A stretch of DNA of 64,000 bases, taken from the NCBI GenBank assembly GCA_951406725.2, contig OX597838.1, positions 42,098,001-42,162,000 on the forward strand, given 5' to 3'. Within the stretch, counting starts at the first letter, position 1, and every line of letters starts with the position of its first letter. A program made the position numbers and the translations under genes. Below, piece after piece: positions 47,039-59,506 of this stretch. This DNA comes from Octopus vulgaris. Taxonomy: Eukaryota. The notes below the pieces were generated by a model, which did no database searches, was not told the origin of the DNA, and saw only the letters and a list, made by a program, of their open reading frames with translations.

Positions 47039-50000
47039 AAGGCGGTGCTCCAGCATGGCCGCAGTCAAATGACTGAAACAAGTAAAAGAGTAAAAGAGTA
47101 TATAATATAACTAATTTCAATGGGTTTCGCCCAAATTTGACGTCTATATTACTTAGTTTGGTTTGAAATAAAGAACTTGATTAGCTTAATAATCGTAACT
47201 TAATCCCGGGCAAGGCCAGGTTATACTGCTAGTATATATATATATATATATTATCCTTTACTTGTTTTAGTCATTGGACTGTGGCCATGCTGGGGAACTG
47301 CCTTGAAGGATTTTAGCCAAACAACTTGACTCCAGTACATATGGTGAAGCCAGGTAATTATTCTATCAGTCTCTTTTTGGCAAACTGCTAAGTTATGAGG
47401 ACATTAACAAATCAACATTGGTTGCCAAGAAGTTTGGAGGACAAACACAAACACACAAAGATATATACTTTGTGCTGCTTTCAGTTTCTGTCTACCAAAT
47501 CCACATAGGGCTGTAGAAGAAGACGTTTGCCCAATGTGCCAAGCATTAGGAATGAACCTGAAACTATATTGTCAGGGACCGAACTTCTAAACCACACAGC
47601 CACAATGCAGTCCCACAGCTTGTCAGATCCTCTCAAACCATCCAACCTGTAACAGCATAGAAAGCTGACACTGAATGCTAACAATGATGATGATGATGAT
47701 GATGATGATGACAACAGCAGGCTTCTTTCAGTTTCCCTCCCCAAGCCTCCATCATTTCATGAAATGTTTTGCAGCATTTCGGTTTTGTTACGATGCAAAA
47801 ACGTTTTACCTTCTGAATATCTTTCACAGTGATCATCTTTAAGCAAGACACTTCGTATGACAGCTCAGCATTGTGGTTGGCAACATGGTTAAGGATGTCT
47901 GCTACAGGAACCATCATGGGGGGTGCAGTGACTTGGTCCTCATCGGAGCTGTCAAGCATAGGGTTGGTGGGTTCCATGAAGCTATAAGCCATCACAAATG
48001 CCACCATCTTGTGATAGAATTTCAAGTTTTGACATTTTGGCCTACATTAATGAATAAATCAAATAAATTAATGAACTGCAGAAGAAAAGGCTCAACGCCT
48101 GTGGAGATGTTGGACACGGGTTCGAAACAAACTTGGCTCCCTTTTTTTTTTCAAGACAAAAGTTGGGAGAAAGATAAACTGAAACCTGTACATACACTGG
48201 AATTCCTAAAAAAATAAAATTCTAATTAAATAACAAAATTTTTTAGCAATTTAATGATTTCAACACTGATCTACTAAGACCACCCCTGGTTCAATGCTAC
48301 AATCTTTCTGTTTCAAAGAAATCTAAATAAAAACTTTCCACTAAAATTTCCCAAATGTTAGCTTAATAATGACAAATTACTAAATTGAACATTATTTTCA
48401 AAATTAATCTGGAAGAAAAAAAAAGGCAGAGGATTTGAAGAGAAATATGATAACAAAAGGGTTGCATCTAGATATTAGATTTTATTAATTTCACTGTGAG
48501 TTCAAATTTCAAGTTCAGTTTTGATAATGTTTCAATTCATCCTCTCTGCTTTGTCAATTTGAAATTTTATACCAAAATATAAAGGAAACAAATTCTGAAT
48601 TGAAATTCCAAAGTTTATAGCCATTGTGTTACCATATTTTACTTAGAAACCAGGACGACTTTGGAGGACCAAAACTTTCATGTGAAATGCAGCAGGATTT
48701 GCAAAGACAGTGAATGCGGTTTGAATGCTTGCACTACATGTTTATGCTACATGTTTATGCTACATGGGCTTGTATGTTGGAAAATTTGCTCTACCCTGCC
48801 TCCTGCCCCCTACAACCAAACAAAATGTAATCTAATTGAAATAAGTGAAAAGGAGATTAAAGAGTGAGGTACCTTTTGAAAAGTCACCTGGCAGCGAACG
48901 GCTGCACTGAATGGTGCACCATAACTATTTGTACAGAATCTCATCTGTTAGCGACTGACGCATGATGGGTTGCATCAATCATAGTGATTGATAAAGAATC
49001 TTGTGAATTCCATTCTCTCTTTCTCTCTCATGTTACATACATACACACACACACATATACAATGCTACAATAAACACAATTCCCGTTAAGCACAGCCACC
49101 CTGGGCCTCCTCGTTGAAATGATAATTTATTTTGCCATTTTTCAAGCTGATAACAAGACCATTTGTGAGTGATTTGTTGATGCATGTGTTTTTTTTTATT
49201 TGGGGTGGGGGGTGGGGGGTATGTTTGCACGTGTTTTGTGCGGTGCATGTGTATGTTTACACTGACCTAAAAAAAAATGCCCAGTGTTGTTGCTTATGTT
49301 GTTTCTCTATAAATCTCAAAGCTAAGAGTTTCAAACCTAAGCAAAGTGGTGCTCCAGTATGGCCACAGTGCAATGACTGAAATTAGTAAAAGAATCAAAA
49401 TGATAACCTACGGGAAAGCTTCCGGGTGTTTCTTCACAAAAGGCAAAATGACATTGTTGAAATCAGAATTGATTGATTCCAAGTCTGACTCGACCAATTT
49501 ATTGATGTCCGTTCCTTGTAGTAACTCTGTCCGATTGGTCCTTGAGAAGAGAATTCAATAACAGATGAAGAAATATTGAAAAATGTGCAGAAAAAATATT
49601 AAAAGGAAAACAGAACAACAAAAAATACATGGATTTAAATAAAATACGAAGAACAATTTGTTTTGGTAAATGCCAATATTTTCAAAAACTCTGAGAATGC
49701 ATAAAATTGGAAGTAAGCTGATTACATCAACCCCAGTGCGCAACTGGTACAAAAGCTGACCTTGGCAGAATTTGAACCCGAAACATAAAGATGGGCAAAA
49801 TGCTGCTAAGGGATAAATATGAACAAAAGGAAATCAACCAAGATCAAATGGGAGGTGGGAGGTCTAGCACATCGCTGCATCCACCAATCGGTCAGCATTT
49901 GTTCAAGTGATCAGACGCAACCCTCCCAGTCAGTCCCTATCATTGCCACAAGCAAGAGGCATGTGGCCAACCAATACGAACCGTCACCCCAGCTGGCTCC

Positions 50001-50418
50001 TCATAGAAGCTCTAACATGGGGAATCGAGCAACATGTAACCGAATGCAGCCAAGGGACTGAATTAAAATACTACATACACATGTACATGGAACAGACAGA
50101 CATGTGAAGGAAAGGGTCATCGTCCAGCTGTGTGCTAGAAGAGACAATGTAGGGTTTGAGAAGGCATTTTAGTCTGAGAGTAGGGCAATGCCAATCCCTA
50201 TAGTGGTGCAGGCTTCCATAAAACTGCATCCAAAACACTCAGTAAAGTGGTTGGTGTCAGGAAGGGCAACAAACAGTAGAAACCCAAAAAGGAAACAGCA
50301 GAGCAAAACATGGCCCTCCAGCATCTTGGAATTCTATGAAATTGTCCTAAACATGCCAATGTGGACAGTGGACATTAATGATGACGAAGACAATGATTTC
50401 CTTTTTCGTTTTATATTG

Positions 50419-50455
<37 letters not shown>

Positions 50456-53400
50456 ATATATATATATATATATATACATATTTACACACATATATATATA
50501 TATATATATATATTGTTCTGCTGGATGTGTAATGTCAGTGTGCATACACGACAGAGTGTAAGTGCCTTGAGAGAAAAGTTGGACCTAAGAAGCATTAGAT
50601 GTGGTGTGAAAGAGAGACAACTGCGCTGGTATGGTCATGTATTGAGAATGGATGAGGATAGCTGTGTGGAAAAGTGTCACACCTTAGCAGTTGAGGGAAC
50701 CTGTGGAAGAGGTAGACCCAGGAAGACCTGGAATGAGGTGGTGAAGCATGACCTCTGAACATTGGGCCTCATCGAGGCAATGACTAGTGACCGAGACTTT
50801 TGGAAATATGCTGTGCCTGAGAAGACCTGGCAAGCCAAGTGAGACCGTAACCCGTGGCCTATGCCAGGGGTGTAACCAGCCCACTTATGTATACCTTTCC
50901 TTCATTGGACACTAAACTCTGCTTGTGAAGACCTGTTGAGGCAAGTGAAATCGAAATCGAATTCGCTGACATGGCCAATAACAGCACCACCTGCCTGGCA
51001 TCTGTGCTAGTGGAACATTAAGAGCGTCATCCGAGCGTGATCGTCGCCAGGGCCACTGGCTGGCTCCCATGCCGGTGGCACATAAAGAGCACCATTCCAG
51101 CATGATCGTTACCAGCATTGCCTTACTGGCACTTGTGCCGGTGTCCCATAGAAAACAACATTCAAGCGAGGTCATTGCCAGTGCCACTGGACTGGCTCCT
51201 GTGCAGGTGGCACGTAAAAATCACCATTCGAGCGTGGCTGTTGCCAGTACCGCCTTACTGGCCCTCGTGTCAGTGGCACGTAAAAGCACCCACTACACTC
51301 CTGGAGTGGTTGGTGTTAGGAAGGGCATCCAGCTGTAGAAACTCCGTCAGATCAAGATTGGAGCCTGGTGCAGCCATCTGGTTCGCTAGCCCACAGTCAA
51401 ACCACCCAACCCATGCCAACATGGAAAGTGAACGTTAAACGATGATGATGATGATGATATTTATTATTTTCTGCCTGAAATTAACCATTGTAGAGTTGCT
51501 ATGTCTTTGTCTACTTACTCTGACCAAAAGAGCGGCAGTTCTAAATGCTTGAAGTCAGGAACAAGATTAAAGTAAGGCCTCCACTTTGAGTTTGGTTTGT
51601 TATACTCATGTAAAATGCTGAGTAAGAGTGTGATCCAACCCTTATCACTTTTGGTAGCTGACAAATCAACTGGAGAAGACAGAAGCAAAAACGGTGAATG
51701 AAAGCCACAACATTGCAAAACAACAGTTACAGAGAAAGTCAATGTTTGGTCAGTATGGTAGGGTAATGTCCGAGGAAGCTTGACCAGGTGAGGATGAGGT
51801 AAGCTAGGCTCACTGATGAGATCAAATCTTATTACTACTACTACTGCTGCTACCACTACTACCACTGCTGTTACTACTACTACTGCTGTTGATACTGTTG
51901 CTGCTGCTGATACTACTACTACTACTAACTGCAACCACCACCTGTTGCATATAGACATATGTGTGTGTGTGTGTACGTGTGTGGTCTTTGCGTCTGTCCA
52001 CTGGTTGACAACCGGTGTTGGTATGTTTATGTCCCTATGACTTTGTGGTTCAGCAAAAGGGAACCGATAGAATAAGTAGCAGGCTTAAAAATACAAAAAA
52101 AGTACAGAAGTTGATATATTCAACCAAAAATTCAAAACGATGCCCCAGCATGGCCACAATCTAATGACTGAAACAAGCACAAGAGCAAGAAAGTAGAGAA
52201 GGGACACAAAAAGGCTTCTAACTGAAAGAAAACGGGAATGGCTGTGTGGTTAAGGAGCTTGCTTTGTAACTCTGTGGCTTTGGGTTCAATCCCACTGCAT
52301 GACATTTTGAGTAGGTGTCTTCTAATAGAGTCATGGGCTGACCAATGCTTTGTGAGTGGATTTGGTAGATGGAGACATAACATTGCAAGCATGGACTGTC
52401 ATGGCTGGAAAGGAAATCTCATCCTCAAAATTCTCAACAACTGAAAAAAACATGCAAGATTGGACAAGGTTTCCAAATTAGAGTAGAAACACCTGATTTG
52501 TACCCATGGGTGTATGGCAGTCGCATTCAAGGAAACAATAAGCAGACCAGAACCAACAATGGAACGGCTCCTGAACACGAAGAACCCTCAGATTCATTTC
52601 TTGGAATCAAAAACACCTGAGACCCACAAAATTATAGACAAATGACATCTTTACCAATATCATATAAACACATTAAATTTCCTCCATGACTTAGGGCTTC
52701 ACTGAGGAAATGAGAAGAGACAAGGAGTTGTGGTGATTTGCAGTACTTGAGAAGATGTGTCAGGCCAAGTAAAATCAGGGTCATTCATACGTATGGGCTT
52801 GTCTTTTGCAGGTGCTAATGTCACGTAAAATGCACTTGTGCCAGTGCCACGTTTAATGCACTTGAGGTGGTGCAGGTCAATGGCACATAAAGAGCACCCA
52901 ACACACTCTGTAAAGTGGTTGGTGTTAGGAAGGGCATCCAGCTGGAGCAACCATGCCACAACAGACAGCCAGAGTCTGGACAGCTCCCCAGCTCCAGTCA
53001 AACCATCTAACCCATGCCAGCATGGAAAACAGATGTTAAATGATTATGATGATGATGATTAAACATATGTTGCATATCAGGCTTAATACACATTTGGAGA
53101 AACCTCCATATAGATGCCACGGACAAACTATCAACAACCTCCTCTGTATGGACAAGTGTGAGTTTGTTAACATTTACACTTATCTGAAAGTCGCAGAGCA
53201 ACAAGTGGTGACGTTGCTGCCATTTCCCCTGTAAACAAAACATCCATTGGTTTTGTGCCTGCAAAGACGAGTGATTAATAGTTCCATTACTTAAGAAGCA
53301 GAGAAGGGTTAGTGAAAGGAAGGGCATCCAGTTGTAAAGCAAGGCTTCAATGATATATTTATCTAACACATGCTAGCATGGAAAAACAGACATAAAAACA

Positions 53401-53829
53401 AAGATCTACTTTCGAGGAATCACATATCAAAAATTTCCATTTGTTGTTCTTTGTCACTTAGAGATGTGAACAGTTTTTCTTAACATTAAACATAACTGAA
53501 AACAAGTTGCATAATTTTATATATATATATATATCATCATCATCATGGCTTGGCTTCGCGAATGAAGATCAGGAGGGCTGTCCATGTCGCGTGCATGCAC
53601 GCTCATGACTGACAAGTCCAATATGGGAAAGGCAGGTCCGTGAGCAGTGTCCACAGACGAAGGTAACATCCGGTGTGGTGTCAGAGGCGGCTCGCGCCTT
53701 CATCCTGCATCTCTTGTCTTTAAGTGCGTCTCTTCTTTGTTCCTCAAACTTGCTGACTGCGTTGAAGATCGTGTGGCGCCAGACATCACGGTCTGCAGCC
53801 AGGTCTGACCACCATTGGTCAAATTAACC

Positions 53830-53863
<34 letters not shown>

Positions 53864-54330
53864 TTGTTCACAAATAAACTAAAGAAGTACTCACTACAAA
53901 CATAAAGTACATTAGTTTCTTTAGGCTGGTCCAGTGGTTTCTTACCCTGGCTCTGCATGCCATGGAAATTCCTAAATAACAGACCCCCAGACTAGCCTAA
54001 ATATACACCCCCCCCCTCTCTCTGTTGACTTTTTCTAAGTAACAATTCCTTCAACATGAAACTAGTATGAACTGTTTGAAAGGTTTGCTTTACCTTCTTT
54101 GGTCAATTCGCTAATACTGGAAGTCTCTGCAATCAATATATGCGATCTTGGTATTTCAAAGAGACATTCTCCACAAGAGATGTCTTCTGTAGCTATCATA
54201 CCATATTTGGCAACAGAACCCTCTTCAGATATTTTTACCTGGATACAAAAACAAAATAAATATAAATATAATATTGGTCAGAAAAATAAAAGGCCCCTTT
54301 AACAACATAACATTGAGAGCAGCAAATTAT

Positions 54331-54371
<41 letters not shown>

Positions 54372-56288
54372 TATATATATCGGATCGTCCCATAAATAAT
54401 GCAGTTTTTTTTATACTTCTCTTATTTTTCAAAATTAAGATAAACAAAGTTCTTTTTTAATCTAAAATATACTCTCCTTCATTTTCTACACTGCTCTTCC
54501 ATCTATCTGGTAGACTTGCAAGACCCCTCTTCCAAGATTCACTTATCCATGACGAAAAATACTCCTCTAGTATTGTCCTGACCTCGTCTACAGAATTCTT
54601 ATTTTTCCGTGATTGCAGAATAAATGATAACCAGGTGGGGCAATGTCCGGCGAATATGGTGGGTGGAGCATTGTTTCCCAATCAAAACTACTCCAGTGTT
54701 TGGAATGTCATCCTCACTGTATGTGGTCAAGCATTATCCTGATGGAAGAACAGCTTTGGTCTTGAAACCAAAGATGGTCATTTTTCTTCTAGTGCTGACT
54801 TAAGCCACTCAAGCTCCCCACACTAGATCTCCTTTGTTATTGTTTGGTTTGGGTTAAAAATTTCAAAGTGGACTAAACCTTTTAAACCCCACCACATAGA
54901 TAACAACACCTTACATGGGTGAAGACCTTCTTTAGCCTGGGGTGCTGGTGTTTTTCTTTTCCCTACTCATTGTCTTCAGTGCTTGACATTTTTATAGAGA
55001 ACCTATTTCTTGTCACCAGTCACTATTCAGTGCCAAAAAGGTTCATTTGTGAGATGCAACAGCAAAGAAGAGCACATATTCACTCTGCATGCAATTAGAC
55101 TCAGAAAGTTTGTGAGGAACCCACTGACCCAATTTGCTGACTTTTCTGATGGCATGCAGGTGTTGATGAATGGTTGAATGACCAAATCCAAGCTTCTCTG
55201 TTAGTTCCTCAACAGTTACGATGGGATTTTGCTCCACCAGGGTTTGTAGGATGCCCTCGTCATGCTTTACAGATCTTCCAAGATGAGGCTCATCTTCTAG
55301 GCTGTAGTTTCCAGCTTGGAATTTCTGGAACCACCATTGACACTAGCTTACACATATTGTCCGATCTCCATATACTGCATTAAATATTCCTTGCATTTTC
55401 CATTGTGTTGTTGCTTTTATTGAACTCATAAAGCAAAATATGCCAAATATGCTCCTTTGTCATTTCCATTATAACTTTGAAAAAAATAACTGCTAAAATC
55501 GAAGTGTACTCTTCAAAACTTGCACTAAGAATAAGGACAAGGTAAAATTACTACCTGCTTTTACAGCAATTTGTTGCAGGCAATTTATCCCATCACTATC
55601 TGACTTTTAGTTCATGCAGTTAAAAAAAAAACACATTATTTATGAGATGACCCAATACAGACAGACAGACAGACAGACAAATACACACACTCATACAGAC
55701 GTGAGGCCCTGTTTCGCCTCCTCTCTGACACATCAAACATTTTCCCTCATCTATGGCACTACTTGGCTTCTGTACTTCATCTGAGAGCAAAATTGGCACA
55801 TATTTACATCTCAACCCCTTTCTACCAGCCTCGCCCACACTATTTCAACCAATCACCCTCAGGCAGTGCCTTCAGTTACTGCCCCACCCCTGCTATACTC
55901 CATCCTAAACACCTCTCTTGTCTGCTATCATCCTCAACACCCTCCCACCTACTACAGCCCTTTATGTATCCCTATAACTCCCCCTCCACTGCTCCTACAC
56001 CTTGTACATACTTTCTGTTCTATAATCCTTCCTGAACCACCTTACTCCACTCCATACTGGTATTTCCAATCATCTGCACTCCAACCTTTATTTACCACTC
56101 ACCACATTAATCTCTACCACCACATGTTTACTACCCCACCACCACCGCACACAGATTTCTATGAAAGCCTCCATATGCTCTCTCATCTCCTCCCACGACC
56201 CACTGTCTGAATCTTCTCTTTTGCTCATCCTCTTGTATCGTGAGAGTTTGTTCTAGCCTCCATCACTACTTTCCTCTTACCTCCTTCA

Positions 56289-56325
<37 letters not shown>

Positions 56326-56526
56326 ACCCTAGCAAGATGCCTGTGCTTATTCTTTTATCATACTTTAGCCTTTCAACACCTAGCAATACAACTTCCATCT
56401 TTCCCTTAGAATCACTCTTTACCTTGCTGACTTGATTCTCAGCAAACATGTCAGAGTGTAAGTTCAAATCATTTGAGTGCTACTGTTTTCTATATTGAGA
56501 TTTTCTCGGTTTCATCTGTTGATTCC

Positions 56527-56592
<66 letters not shown>

Positions 56593-58072
56593 CTATTATC
56601 AGTTAGTTAATATATTGTATGTTATACACCTGGTAATTTGACAGTAAAACCTGTTTACTGTCTCAGTGTTCATTAATTTACCACTTCTATATACGAATAC
56701 CAAGAAGAAATCGAGTGAAACAGAGTTTATTTTAACGAGATACCTATTGAAATCACCCGAGGAGTCACATCTATTCCGAGGGAAAGTCCTAAACCAAATG
56801 TTTCGTACCCAACCCGCAACGGATCGATGCTAGATGTGTGGAAACAACTGTAAAGATTCTTGTATCTCATTAATCAAATCGTTTCTGTACAGACAGCAAC
56901 CCTATCAATATGCGAAATACTAAGTGCAAAAGTAAACCTCTTATCCTCTCTAGCCACATACTGTCCTTTTACTATGCCAGTTTCTCCAGCAGTCACAAAG
57001 AAACTAAACATACACCACGAACTATGGAACCAGAGAATATCTTATTGCATCAACAAATAATAGCGTGTACACAAACAACTCGAAGCAGTTGTATAGTTCT
57101 TATATATTGTTACTAAGATTATAATCAACTTAATAAATGGCCATAATAACAATCAAGCAGATATTGTTCCTCGTTCATTTATCCGATGCATCTTCGTCTA
57201 TTTAAGTGCAAAACTTCTCTGTTATAATTGAAAAATTCTGTCACTATAATTAATAACGTAATATTTTTCCCCATTAAATATTTAACTACGTTTAACAGGA
57301 AAAAGGAAAGCGTAAAGGTTTGTCTCCATCGACAATTGGTGTTTTGGCGTCTCGATACAAATAGCAGCATTTCATTGCCAAAAAGTGCAATAAATAATTT
57401 GGATCTATCTTACACATTTGCGAGAGAGAGAGACGTTTGATATTGTAATAGTGAAGCCAATGGTAATTTTCTGGCCGGTTGTATGACATAACCAGGAATA
57501 CTCGGCATTATCAAAATAAAACCACTTGAAATCTCTTCGAGAATGTGTTTTTGATTTTCTGACTTATGGATAGCTGACCGATAACATGTGTGATATATTA
57601 TATCCCATGTGCGATAATAAATATATATGCTTTCATTTAAAAACATTCAATGAATGATTAATTCTTGTATTTTAACCGGTTCCTCGATCCATTTTCTGTT
57701 TCTGGTTAGAACAAAATAGTAAACAGTTTTTTTAGCCCCTTTTTATTATGTGTATTAAAGAGCAGAGTCGAAAGAGATATTAAAAAAAAAACAACATGTT
57801 AAACATTGAAAGGAAAAAAGGAAACAGGAGAAATGAAATGACAAACGTAAATGCCTGGGTGTGGAGACATAGAGACAGGTAGACAGGTAGACAGGTGTGT
57901 GTGTTATATTTCGAGGAAATACCTTGGGACTAAGATTGAAATTGGATTTACAACACCATTCTATAAATGCGTTCACAGTTTGGTCTTCTAATAAAGGCCG
58001 TTTCGAAAGGGAACAACCCGCGCTGCTATCACATATCAGCGAGCTCCGAACACGTTTCTGGTTGCTCTCCAT
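37161..58072 (-). CDS. SETD6: N-lysine methyltransferase SETD6 (spliced, ~493 aa)
   Basis: join(57923-58072,54094-54238,51519-51669,49412-49540,47810-48041,45157-45255,43622-43726,42409-42489,39382-39556,37861-37906,37161-37329) = 1482 nt, GT-AG and in frame. Motifs: [83 protein letters not shown]. Confidence 0.95.
37861..37906 (-). CDS. SETD6: SETD6 exon 10 ([15 protein letters not shown])
   Basis: ttgcag/gtaagt; 46 nt, needed to bridge phase 1 to 2; SWRxLL motif. Confidence 0.85.
39382..39556 (-). CDS. SETD6: SETD6 exon 9 (acidic/Asn-rich loop)
   Basis: [13 protein letters not shown]...[10 protein letters not shown]; ttgcag/gtaagt. Confidence 0.85.
41470..41655 (+). mobile_element. Possible Tc1 transposase HTH fragment
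   Basis: Reads ...[20 protein letters not shown], resembling the Tc1 'VS..TVRRRL' motif; heavily decayed. Confidence 0.3.
42409..42489 (-). CDS. SETD6: SETD6 exon 8
   Basis: [27 protein letters not shown]; ttcaag/gtaaat. Confidence 0.85.
43145..43445 (+). mobile_element. tRNA-derived SINE (family C)
   Basis: GAGTTCAATTCC B-box, then GTGTCCTTGAACAAGACACTT..CAGTCCACTCAGCTG; related piece at ~540-670. Confidence 0.6.
43622..43726 (-). CDS. SETD6: SETD6 exon 7
   Basis: [35 protein letters not shown]; tcttag/gtgagt. Confidence 0.87.
44420..44960 (+). mobile_element. Penelope-like element 3' fragment (GIY-YIG C-terminus plus pLTR)
   Basis: [36 protein letters not shown], followed by CCTGAAGAAGGCTGG..CCAGCCGAAA. 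Confidence 0.75.
45157..45255 (-). CDS. SETD6: SETD6 exon 6
   Basis: [33 protein letters not shown]; ttacag/gtaagt. Confidence 0.95.
46163..47232 (+). mobile_element. Non-autonomous Helitron
   Basis: A|TCATATCTATAAAA start; subterminal hairpin CCCGGGCAAGGCCAGG, then ATACTGCTAG|T; the 3' end matches that of 25357-26125. Confidence 0.7.
47810..48041 (-). CDS. SETD6: SETD6 exon 5 (SET catalytic core)
   Basis: [14 protein letters not shown]...[20 protein letters not shown]; atgtag/gtaaaa. Confidence 0.95.
49412..49540 (-). CDS. SETD6: SETD6 exon 4
   Basis: [43 protein letters not shown]; ctcaag/gtaggt. Confidence 0.92.
50515..51458 (+). mobile_element. RTE LINE 3' end (ORF C-terminus, 3'UTR minisatellite and (GAT)n tail)
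   Basis: [15 protein letters not shown]...GRGRPRKTW; the UTR has GTGGCACGTAAAAGCACCA subrepeats and ends in CGTTAAAC(GAT)n. Confidence 0.9.
51519..51669 (-). CDS. SETD6: SETD6 exon 3
   Basis: [49 protein letters not shown]; ctccag/gtaagt. Confidence 0.94.
52470..52680 (+). mobile_element. Short decayed non-LTR RT fragment
   Basis: [16 protein letters not shown] resembles the 'PKNYRPITCLPxxYK' motif. Confidence 0.45.
53535..53820 (-). mobile_element. 3' end of a second (BovB-like) RTE family
   Basis: [15 protein letters not shown]...[23 protein letters not shown] (C2H2-like) followed by a (TGA)n tail; sits within (TA)n. Confidence 0.8.
54094..54238 (-). CDS. SETD6: SETD6 exon 2
   Basis: [48 protein letters not shown]; atccag/gtaaag. 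Confidence 0.94.
54380..55655 (-). mobile_element. Full-length decayed mariner transposon (~1.28 kb)
   Basis: TA-flanked TIRs TCGGATCGTCCCATAAATAATGC / CATTATTTATGAGATGACCCAA. Motifs [17 protein letters not shown] and PYSPDIAP, with multiple stops. Confidence 0.92.
57923..58072 (-). CDS. SETD6: SETD6 exon 1
   Basis: aaaATGG start; [10 protein letters not shown]...[18 protein letters not shown]|gtattt. Confidence 0.88.
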
Positions 58073-58569
58073 TTTGCTCGTACAATCCAAGGGAAGACCA
58101 CTCTCATTGCTTTACCACGTGCACTTGCTTTTCGAATTAACCGCCTCTTGTTCTTCTCGCTTCTCTCTCTCTCTCTCGTCTCTAACGGTTGATTTACGTG
58201 AGCTGCTCATGTGTCTGTACGCTTGCACTATGATTTAATCATCGGTCTGTTCTCCCAAGTCATAAAATAGTACCTTATTTATTGCAGCAAGTATGGGTCC
58301 ACATAGCCTCGACTATGCCACCACGAACGTACCGACAACCTCCATCGGACATTATAATTATATATATTATTCCACTGCGATGATGCAACTGGAGAAAATC
58401 ATCGGCCTCATTACCCGAATGAAATGGAAAGCCTTCTTCTACAAGCACCCACCGATTTCGAATTAATTCCCCAAAATTCACTCCGAGAAAGCTTCGAATC
58501 GGACTTCTTAGATTTGATACTAAAGCGGAGATTTTGAAAGTCCTCTCATCCTTTCTACCGTAAGCTTTG

Positions 58570-59065
58570 ATGGAATATATGTAGACAAAAAGTAATTCTG
58601 ATAAGACTTTACTGTTATAGGGATACAAAATGAGGCCCATGAACGGCTACTACAAGATTGTATTACACAGAATTACTGGAGGGCAACCGCTTCCTGCCTA
58701 TGATGACATTAACAATAAAGCCAAGCAGATAGCAGCTAAGTTGGAAATTAACGATTAAATAGAGAATTGGGTTGAGAGGAATACCTTTACCATGTTTTAC
58801 AGGTCACAAACTGAGTTTTCGCTGCCAACCTCAGGAGCTCGGTTTAGTGATTAATCAGAGCTCAGTTTAGTGAGCAAACATCTACGAGGGAGAATTAACA
58901 ATGATCTAAAAAGAGCTTCCCACTTCTTTCTATAGCGCAACACCTCTGAACTCATCTCGTGGATCAACGATAACCGCAGTAGGGAAAGAGCATAAGGTTC
59001 ACCCAATTCAATACCGTGGACATCCATATCGAAGAGCTGTTGTATAAGGCTTGACTTTGCTGGGG
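58570..59065 (+). mobile_element. Decayed Penelope-like reverse transcriptase fragment
   Basis: INNKAKQIAAKLEIND.IE...SELSLVSKHL..RINN...RNTSELISW...FTQF..IEELL, typical of marine-invertebrate PLE RTs. Confidence 0.6.
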
Positions 59066-59269
59066 CAGAAATTATGGGCCACGAAAATCATGCTTTTAGA
59101 CACGACGACATCCACCACAGTTACATGTGATCAATGCAATCATCCTGCGTGACTAATGAGTTGCAGAGAAAAAGAAAGCAAAACAAAAACGGGAAATGGT
59201 AGCGTTGATCCAGTGGATTCACTTGGACTCCACAAGTCAATTCCTTTTTTGAGAAGAGCCATTTGACTC

Positions 59270-59506
59270 TATTCTATTTCTTTACTACCCACAAGGGGCT
59301 AATCACAGAGAGGACAAACAAGGACAGACAAACAGTTTAAGTCGATTATATCGACCCCAGTGCGTAACTGGTACTTATTTAATCGACCTCGAAAGGATGA
59401 AACACAAAGTCGACCTCGGCGCAATTCAAACTCAGAACGTAACGGCAGACGAAATACCACTAAGCATTTCGCCCGGTGTGCTTGTGATTCTGCCAGCTCA
59501 CCACCT
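59270..59506 (-). mobile_element. tRNA-derived SINE (family A)
   Basis: Near-identical to 5090-5324. Confidence 0.8.

Noticed and set aside
51670-51958. Poly-Val/Ala N-terminal part of the 147-aa ORF
   Set aside because: It comes from an (ACT/GCT)n microsatellite in the intron; the SETD6 exon starts at 51669.
363-58072. Two SAM-dependent methyltransferase genes flanking RANBP1 as a functional cluster
   Set aside because: The folds and substrates are unrelated. I know of no conserved SETD6-RANBP1 linkage, and there is no evidence beyond adjacency.
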